Below the pieces are notes generated by a model. The model was not told the origin of the DNA. It was given only the letters and a program-made list of their open reading frames with translations, and did no database searches. Position numbers and translations under genes: made by a program. Shown in pieces: positions 50,716 to 58,403 of a DNA stretch of 58,403 bases. Positions within the stretch are counted from its first letter, which is position 1; the number at the start of each line of letters is the position of its first letter. Origin of the DNA: Octopus bimaculoides (Eukaryota); the NCBI RefSeq assembly GCF_001194135.2, contig NC_068983.1, positions 118,978,997 through 119,037,399 on the forward strand. The letters are read 5' to 3'.

Positions 50716-51170
50716 ATTCCTACATTCTATGGCTTAAGAAAAGACCATAAATCCATCGCAGACCCTATTGCTAGCCCTCCAAACAGCAATTATAGGCTAT
50801 CATACTTCCTCTCGCAAGTGTTAAGACCACTCATTGAGATGTCTCCTGGTGTTTGTGAAAGTACAGAGGACCTCCTCAGCAGGGTCAATGAACGTAACCG
50901 CTCCAACGACCTATCAGATTGTATGGTAGGTAGCATGAATGTGGTATCACTTTACCCATCTATCGACGTTGACTTTGCTGTAGAAAGATGTGTGGAAATT
51001 ATCTCCGAAAGCGAAGTAGTCTTCCGTGGAATGAACACGAGGGAACTGGGCCTCCCTCTGAAGCTCGTTTACGATAGAGAATACTTAGATCACCACGACC
51101 TAAGTAGATTCTGCCCCACCAGGTCGGAACGAGGTAGAACCCTCACAATCACACCAGCAGCTAGGAAATT
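50716..51170 (+). mobile_element. Penelope-like reverse transcriptase N-terminal fragment
   Basis: IPTFYGLRKDHK...PIASPPNSNYRLSYFLSQVLRPL...GSMNVVSLYPSID matches the PLE RT pattern. Confidence 0.75.
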
Positions 51171-51537
51171 TAGGAGAATTCTTGATTCTTGCGATTATCT
51201 CACCTTCTCATTTGCAGTTGATATGAATTACAATTAAGCGATTAGTCTACCCTCTCCGGCAGCGAAGATAATTTTAAATAGATGAGGAATATATTTTGTA
51301 CGTTATTTAATATACATTTTCGATTTGGTTGTTCAAATACATGCAACTGGTCATCTGTCTGAGTAATTTTCCGTTCCACACACACATACACACACACACA
51401 TGCAAAATCATACATGCACACACGCACACTGACACCCACACCCACACCCACAAATATATAGGTGGATAGATAAATATATAGATAAATCAAATATATAGAA
51501 GTTATATTTATATATCACTCATATAGAAAATATGCGC

Positions 51538-51610
<73 letters not shown>

Positions 51611-52711
51611 CGTGCGTGTGGTAGCACGCGCGTGAGTGTGTGATATAAGTACGTATACAAATTGAATAAAGTTGCTGTTAACCTGGAGCGTGACTAAAGA
51701 TCATGTTCTGCAGTGCAAGATTATGTAATATTTCTACACCAGTTATGTATGACTTCAATTTGCTGAAATGCATGTATGTTCAATAAAGCACTGAATACCA
51801 TACATGTTTTCTGTAAACTATCGTGTGCATATATATTTATAAACAACCACACACACACACACACACACACATATGCGCGCGCATATATAAATATATATAA
51901 TTATAAATATATATAATTCGTTTTTATTTATCTGTAAGTGCATGTATTTAATTCGTACAATATATGAGATTCTATCTTATATCAAATCTCCGTAGGCCAT
52001 CTCATTTACTTATGCTGAAATACTATCGTTTGTCAGTAATTTAAGTTCAATAAATGTCCTTGAGTACCATGACGTTTATGTGTTCTGTCGTTCTTGAGTT
52101 AGGTTCAGTAATTCTTGCTATGGTTTTGTTTATGTGCATCATTCAATGAGGACTTTACCACCCTATTCGTGCCGTCCGTATTATACGTTTTGTTATTGTT
52201 AATTCAGTTTGATTCGTGGACACTATTCAATTCTGTCTACTCGAAATTAGAACATCAGAAGAAACTTCAGACAGTAATTACATAATTATGGATCATCGCG
52301 AATGAAATATTCAGTATAAAGGATTTTTATGTAAGTTTTGGATAGATATGTGCCCCACCCAGGTATCCAAACTTGTACGGCGGCCTCTAAATCTAAATAT
52401 ATAGATATTATTAAAAAAAAAAAACGAATCTTCTAATTGTGGGAATGTAATAGGACATGTACTAATCATTCTTTAAAAATAATTCACTTTTCCATTGATT
52501 AGACAAGATCTTTAAAATGGTAAAACTAAATTACAAAGAATACGTTTCATTCAAGCCGACCTCGTGAACTCAGGCATCATTCACATGAAGCATAGATACC
52601 TCGTGTCAAACCTGAATCAAAAGGTAACTGAAACAATTCTATCGATGGCCTCATGGCAATATAGTCTCTTTCAACAGTGACACAATCAGTACTCATATCA
52701 ACGAAACACTG

Positions 52712-52921
52712 TCTTTTATCATTTACTTGTTTCAGTCATAAGACTGCAGCCATGCTGAAACACCGCCTTGAAGAATTTTTAGTCGAATGTATCGACTTCA
52801 GTACCTTTAAAAAAAAATTCTCGTACAAAATACTCTTTTGTAGAACCGCTAAGCTACGGGTATGTAAACATACCAACATCGGTTTTCAAGCCGGTGGTGG
52901 GTGGGAAACTACAGATACAAA

Positions 52922-52985
<64 letters not shown>

Positions 52986-53150
52986 TACGACGGATTCTTT
53001 CAGTTTCCGTCTACAAGATCCACTCACAAAGCTTTGTGTCAGCCCGTGGTTATAGTAAAAGATACCTACCGAAAGTGTCACGCAGTGGGACTGAATCCGG
53101 AGCCATGTGGTTGGGAAGCAAGCTTCTTACCACAGCTATGCCAGCGCCTA
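52712..53150 (-). mobile_element. SINE family D, near full length, with an internal (CA)n array
   Basis: Reverse complement has a tRNA-like head (gtggtaagaagcttgcttcccaaccacatgg...), a CORE-like segment, (TG)n and a tail ending gactgaaacaagtaaa. Confidence 0.8.
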
Positions 53151-53510
53151 CTTAAAATGATTTTTTTAAAAATAAGAAAATAACTTGGAGGTTCATTGTT
53201 TGTTGAAAACCAGTGTTTTAGTTTCTATATGAAAGCATATCATGTGGAAAACGGAATAGACATTTTGAAAATAATTAACGATACTTATGTTTCCACAGTT
53301 ATAGCCTATTGCAACTCGATCTAAACCATTAACACTTGTTAAAGTCAAATTCACTGAACGCTTCGTTAGCAATTTTAGTTAAGCAATTTTGAAATGAGGT
53401 TGTCACATTAATTTGTCAATTAATCTTGCTTTGCTTTAAATTCATTTAATCACAAAAGAAATCTGATTTGCTTTATTTTTCACAGTATTTCGAGAGGTGA
53501 TATGCCGACA

Positions 53511-53630
53511 TGATGTTTCAGTCTACCAATTGATGTTTTAGTCTACCAATTGATGTTTTAGTCTACTAATTGATGTTTTAGTCTACCAATTGAGGTTTTA
53601 GTCTACCGATTGATGTCTTAGTCTACCAAT
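53511..53630. repeat. 20-bp minisatellite, 6 copies (tgatgttttagtctaccaat)
   Basis: Read directly; followed by a B-box-like gttcgaatcc at ~53645. Confidence 0.9.
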
Positions 53631-54744
53631 TGAAGGGTCCTGCTGTTCGAATCCATTGCTGCACTGTGTCCATGACAAATGCACTTAATTCTACCTAGTT
53701 TATTTTTGGAGAGAAAACGAATAGCATTATTCAAACCCAAAGTATAAAACGGTGCAACAACATATCTCAAAGAATTTTCTCCGTCGTCCTACCGATTCTA
53801 CAGTCAACTGTCGTTGCTTCTTTTGTAATACTTTTGGCGTTCCATGCTTTCTTTGTGGGCGTAAACATTAGGAAAAATAACTTCGAGTGTCTAAAATAAA
53901 AACAGAGCATAAATCCAGTGGATCCATTAAATAGGATTTACATTAATTATTATCCTTAAAGTTATATAAAAGTTATCGCATCTTTTCTGTAATTCCAAGT
54001 GTATTTCATGTGAAAATTCTCACGATGATAAATCTTCATCTGAGCTTATATTATTTGCAAACAAGAAACTATAAAGTAAATTGGAAACTAGGTAAAATTT
54101 GTGTTTATAGTAAACACATTTTCATCTGGCATTTCTTGTTTTCGTTAAAATGACCAACTTTAATCCTTAATACTGCTTTTATAATGTTAATTTGAACCAT
54201 TATGGTGTGTCAAAAATTCTAACCGTTTTCTGACTGTCTACTTATATATGTTATTATGAGTCCCCATGGTAGGCAGCAGCAAAGTTCTAGCCTTGACAAT
54301 TTACGTCTGCGAACATATTGTAATTTCTGCTTGAAGACGGTTTACTTTATACATTCTATTCATAGTGTGAATGTTGCATAATTTCCTTACTCATTTTGTA
54401 ACATTTATACACAAATCGTTACAGTGTATTGAAAGGTGACCCACTTTAACTGCAATTACATAAAGATATCGAACTAAGATGTTATCAAGACTGTTGCACA
54501 AGCGAATTCAAAAATCTAGTATTTATGACTTAATAATATTGGTTTCAAATTTTAGCACAAAGCCAGCAAGTTCGGAGGAGAGTAGTTAAGTTTCATTCTA
54601 AATGCATTTAATATATCTTTGTCTTTATCCTTCCCTCTAGAGTCGATAAAATAAATACCCGTCATGTACCGAGATCAGTTCAGTCAACTAATTATAACAC
54701 TTTGTTGCTTGTGTGGTGCCTGGTTTAATGGTAGAAATCGTTTC

Positions 54745-55112
54745 AATATTGGTTTTAAATTTTGGCACAAGGCCAGCAATTTTGGGGGAGGAATAAGTCG
54801 ATTATATCAACCCCCAGTATTCAAATGGTACTTATTTTATCGACCCCGAAAGAATGAAACACAATGTTGACTTCGGCGGAATTTGAACTCAGACCGTAAA
54901 GACGGACGAAATGCTTCTAAGCATTTTTGCCCGGTGTTCTAATGATTTTGCCAGCTCGCCGCCTTAAACGACTTGAAACGATTTCTAGGGCAGCGAGGTA
55001 GCAGAATCGTTAGCATGCAGGGCAAAATGCTTGGAGGCATTTCGTCCGTCTCTACGGTCTGAGTTCAAATTCCGCTGAGGTCGACATTGCCTTCCATCCT
55101 TTCGGGGTCGAT
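54745..55112. mobile_element. Head-to-head SINE family B pair (54745-54963 minus, 54984-55112 plus)
   Basis: About 120 bp of each copy is complementary to the other, with a ~20-nt spacer. Confidence 0.85.
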
Positions 55113-56328
55113 ACTTGACTCACTTCAACCCATTTTTTTCTTTTACTAATACCAAGGAGAAAACATATTAGACCCATTTGTTAAAGTGATATATCCCAAT
55201 CTATATATAACTTTCTGCTGGATTCATTAATGATGCAACGAATGTTTATTTTTTTTCCTATACGTAGGCGTTGTAGGAGCATATAGTAAGACAATTATGC
55301 GCATGTTTATAAGCAAGTGTTTAAACCTTTCATCTAAGTTTATAAGTAAACAGCTCAATGTTGAAAATATATGAAATAAAATTCACATAACACATATATC
55401 AAGAAGCGGAATAATTTTAAAAATAAGAATTTAGCTTAATATTATAATTACAGTATTGAAAATAAGAGAATATTATATATATGTCACAAAAATAAGAAAA
55501 TCCTTCGGTAAGATTGAAAAAAATGCTGTTTCAGTGATGATTGCTAATTGTTATGTTAACTCCAACGTGAAAATCTGCGCCAATCTGGGTAGAAACATTA
55601 GATACGGCATCGTAGAAATGAACTGTAGCTCTATATGCTCCATCAATTATTGCAGTTACAAATTGAAAGGAAATCCGAAAATTGACATAAAACTTAAGTT
55701 TATAACCATATATGTGTGTGTGTGCGCGCGTGTGTGCGTGTATGTATATAAACTCACAAACAGCAGTATTTATATTGCTACATGAAAGAGATCCGATATT
55801 AAATAAACAACTCAAAAATAACAAGTTAGTTCCATAATAATATTACATAAACGCTTTCGCACACAAAAAGTATTAGACTAAGGATTCTATCAGAAACGGT
55901 AATAAATGAAAAAAGTCTACCGCAAGTTGTACGTTACAACTGAAATATGCACAAAATAATGTTGAATATAAAATTATATTGGAGAAAACTTGAAACAATG
56001 AAATTAACGTCAAGAGTTTGAGAGGTAAAACTTTAATTTACTTACTTATACAAGAGCAGGTTATGGTATCGAGAAACATTTTATAAGCTAAACGAAGAAG
56101 TGTACTCCACGTGATGGTACTCAAGAGTAAGCATTACAGAGATTTCGATAACCATTCATTTCTTTTAGCCACCTTGTATATATAGTCGAGTGACCTAATA
56201 TTCCTGGAACTTTTTATTCAATGACTGATGAAAGTTAAAGTTGCTCGTAGTGAAATATGAATTTGGATTTGAACCGAACTGAACTGCATACTACAGAGCG
56301 TATACTACTTCCCCTCTCCACTACCAAG

Positions 56329-56344
<16 letters not shown>

Positions 56345-56372
<28 letters not shown>

Positions 56373-56530
56373 ATATAAAAAAAAAGAACAAATACCAAAA
56401 AAACAACAACAACGCGGGGACGTGGTATATGTAAAGTATTAACAGACGCTCAGGGAAGGAAAGAGAGAGGAAAGTCCAATAAAATGGAAGACGCAGGAAG
56501 AAAATCACCAACGATTCACATGTGGTTACG
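56345..56530 (-). mobile_element. Penelope-type pLTR fragment
   Basis: aacaacgcggggacgtggtatatgtaaagtattaacagacgctcagggaagg is loosely similar to the reverse complement of 44155-44260; the hammerhead part is missing. Confidence 0.4.
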
Positions 56531-56669
56531 TCAAGGTATAAATAATGGTCATTACATACTTTTCTCCTTTATTGGAGAAAAGTAAGTAATGACCATTTAT
56601 GACTTGTCTTGTATATCACTCTGTCTAAAAGTCAGTTTAACTGGTGTGCAACGCACACACACACGAAGT

Positions 56670-56815
56670 GTTTCAAAAGGTCGCTTCGCAGTCACGTAGT
56701 TCTAGGTTCTATACACCTGCTCAGTGTTTTGAACAAGTGTCTGCTGTCACAGCTTCTAGTCGACCTGAGCTTTCTGAGTGGAAATTCGTAGACGAAAATA
56801 AGACGATAGTTCACT
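56670..56815 (+). mobile_element. Degenerate SINE family D
   Basis: ...ttttgaacaagtgtctgctgtcacagc...tgagtggaaattcgtagacgaaaa aligns with the family D body. Confidence 0.55.
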
Positions 56816-57212
56816 CGATAGATCTTCACCTTCTTTTAGATGGTAGAGTTAATCTGAGCAATGGTATAACGCCAGTATTTGCCCTTTGAGTACAAATAGT
56901 AAAGTCTACTAAATTACAAGATTTCAGACCAGTTCTCTACTCTAAGGATAATTTAATATCTTGATTTGCTGCGTCTAACCAAGTAACCCATTAGATGTGG
57001 TTTCTTTTCCCCTCTTCCCCACCCGTCTCGTGGACGCTCCTTAAGGTTATAGCTGTTACGAACAACCTTCTATATCTGACTAAGATATATGATAAAAACA
57101 AAAAACAAAAAAGAAAACAAGTAGTTTTAATCAAAATTTTGTATAATTTAAAATAAACTATTTATATTTTCCCGGAAAATTGACAAACAATTCTGAATAA
57201 AGTATATTTATA

Positions 57213-58044
57213 TTGTGTTGAGTTAAAATTTTTGTAATATTTTGGTAACTTGCTTTATTCGTACAGTTACAAAAGCAGTCTATCATTCAAAGTCTGAAGC
57301 TACCTTTCTGCTAGTTCTTTAATCCCATACTGATGCCATTTCTTGTCCTACGACGCGAAAAACACCTTCGCTGAAGCCTCCACCTCCTTTTGGCTGATGA
57401 AGCGTCGCGAGTGGCGAGTGCAGAAAGTGAGCCAATGATTGGATCAAGTAATAATCCAAATAGCTAAGTCCGGTGATAACATCAGTTCGATTCTCTGAAA
57501 TTCCTATGGTTTTTATCCAGATCGTTCGAACAGTATGAGGTCTTGCATTGTCTTGTTGCTGAAGAGCTAGCTTTCTGCTCGCAAATGCCTGATATTTTTG
57601 CTATACAGTGGCATACATCCACTCCAGCTGTTCGGGGTATAGATTGACATCGACTGTTCGACCTTTCAGAACGAACTCGTAGTGAATTATGCCTTTGTAA
57701 TTCCACCAGACGCAGAACATCATCTTGTGCTCGAAACGTCCGTATTTAGAGACAGGTTCTTGAAGCTGATCCTTGCTTATCCACTGCTTATGCATGTTAG
57801 GATTGCAGACAAATATTTCCCTCGGATTATTATTACTTACTGCACTTGCGACGTTTCATCAATCAAGAGGAAGTAGAAGCTGAAGTGAAGGGGTGCTTCA
57901 CCTCGAGGGACAAGAACTGGTTTCAGCGTGGGACCAAAAAATTGGTAGGAAGGTGGCTTCAGACGGTGCAACACGATGGCCTCTGTTTTGATGAATAAAG
58001 CAAATAAGTTACCAACATATTGAAAAACTTTTGACACAACCCAA
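57213..58044. mobile_element. Rearranged mariner remnant: two transposase 3' ends in inverted orientation
   Basis: Minus strand 57800 down to 57213 gives WWNYKGIIHYE, QDNARPHT, SPDLA, the C-terminus and a TIR. Plus strand 57846-57998 gives RRFINQEEVEAEVK...RWLQTVQHDGLCFDE*, followed by TIR ...acacaacccaa. Confidence 0.8.
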
Positions 58045-58364
58045 TTTATTTGACATATTGTCTTACTGCGGAATGTAAGTCTCGAACTAACTTAAGCAAG
58101 AATTCGTTATACTGAATTATTTTAACGTTCATGCTGTGTCTTCAGTGAAGAAAATTGTTAGCAGTTGTCAAACTAACTACAATATGTAAATTAGCTTCCC
58201 CACTTGTAAACTAAACAGCATTTTTACATTACCCTAAGAATAGTAGTACTTAAGTGGCACCTGACAGCGGACATTGCCTAAGAAAACATTGCCGTTACTA
58301 TGGGAATTATTTTATTTATTTTATTGCTTCCTTTCAGACATGTTTAAAAAATAGATATACTTAG

Positions 58365-58403
<39 letters not shown>

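Noticed and set aside
53511-53630. Regular 20-bp repeats as a CRISPR array
   Set aside because: The units are contiguous with no unique spacers, the context is eukaryotic, and there are no cas genes.

Overview
AT-rich eukaryotic non-coding DNA from a draft assembly with about 11 N-gaps, most of them next to microsatellites. The repeat content (tRNA-derived SINE families, RTE and R4/Dong LINE fragments, Penelope-like pieces, dense TA/CA/ATT/ATCT microsatellites) looks like a cephalopod, probably Octopus; that assignment is inference. I cannot support any host protein-coding gene, and most ORFs in the track are microsatellite or N-gap artefacts. Recognisable coding remnants are all from transposons: a nearly intact DD34D mariner (30977-32255), a Tigger/pogo fragment, an RTE LINE, a Tx1/L1-like 3' end, R4/Dong endonuclease fragments, Penelope-like RT and GIY-YIG fragments, and a rearranged mariner with two 3' ends. 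The most interesting signals are structural. There are several type I hammerhead-ribozyme-like motifs, including one with a canonical core and long stem II inside a ~299-bp tandem unit (retrozyme or pLTR-like) and others with core variants. There is also a fold-back element carrying inward-facing TTAGGG/CCCTAA arrays, a perfect 40-bp hairpin, interleaved 99%-identical inverted duplications, and closely spaced inverted SINE pairs. All alignments and folds were done by eye; none was computed.
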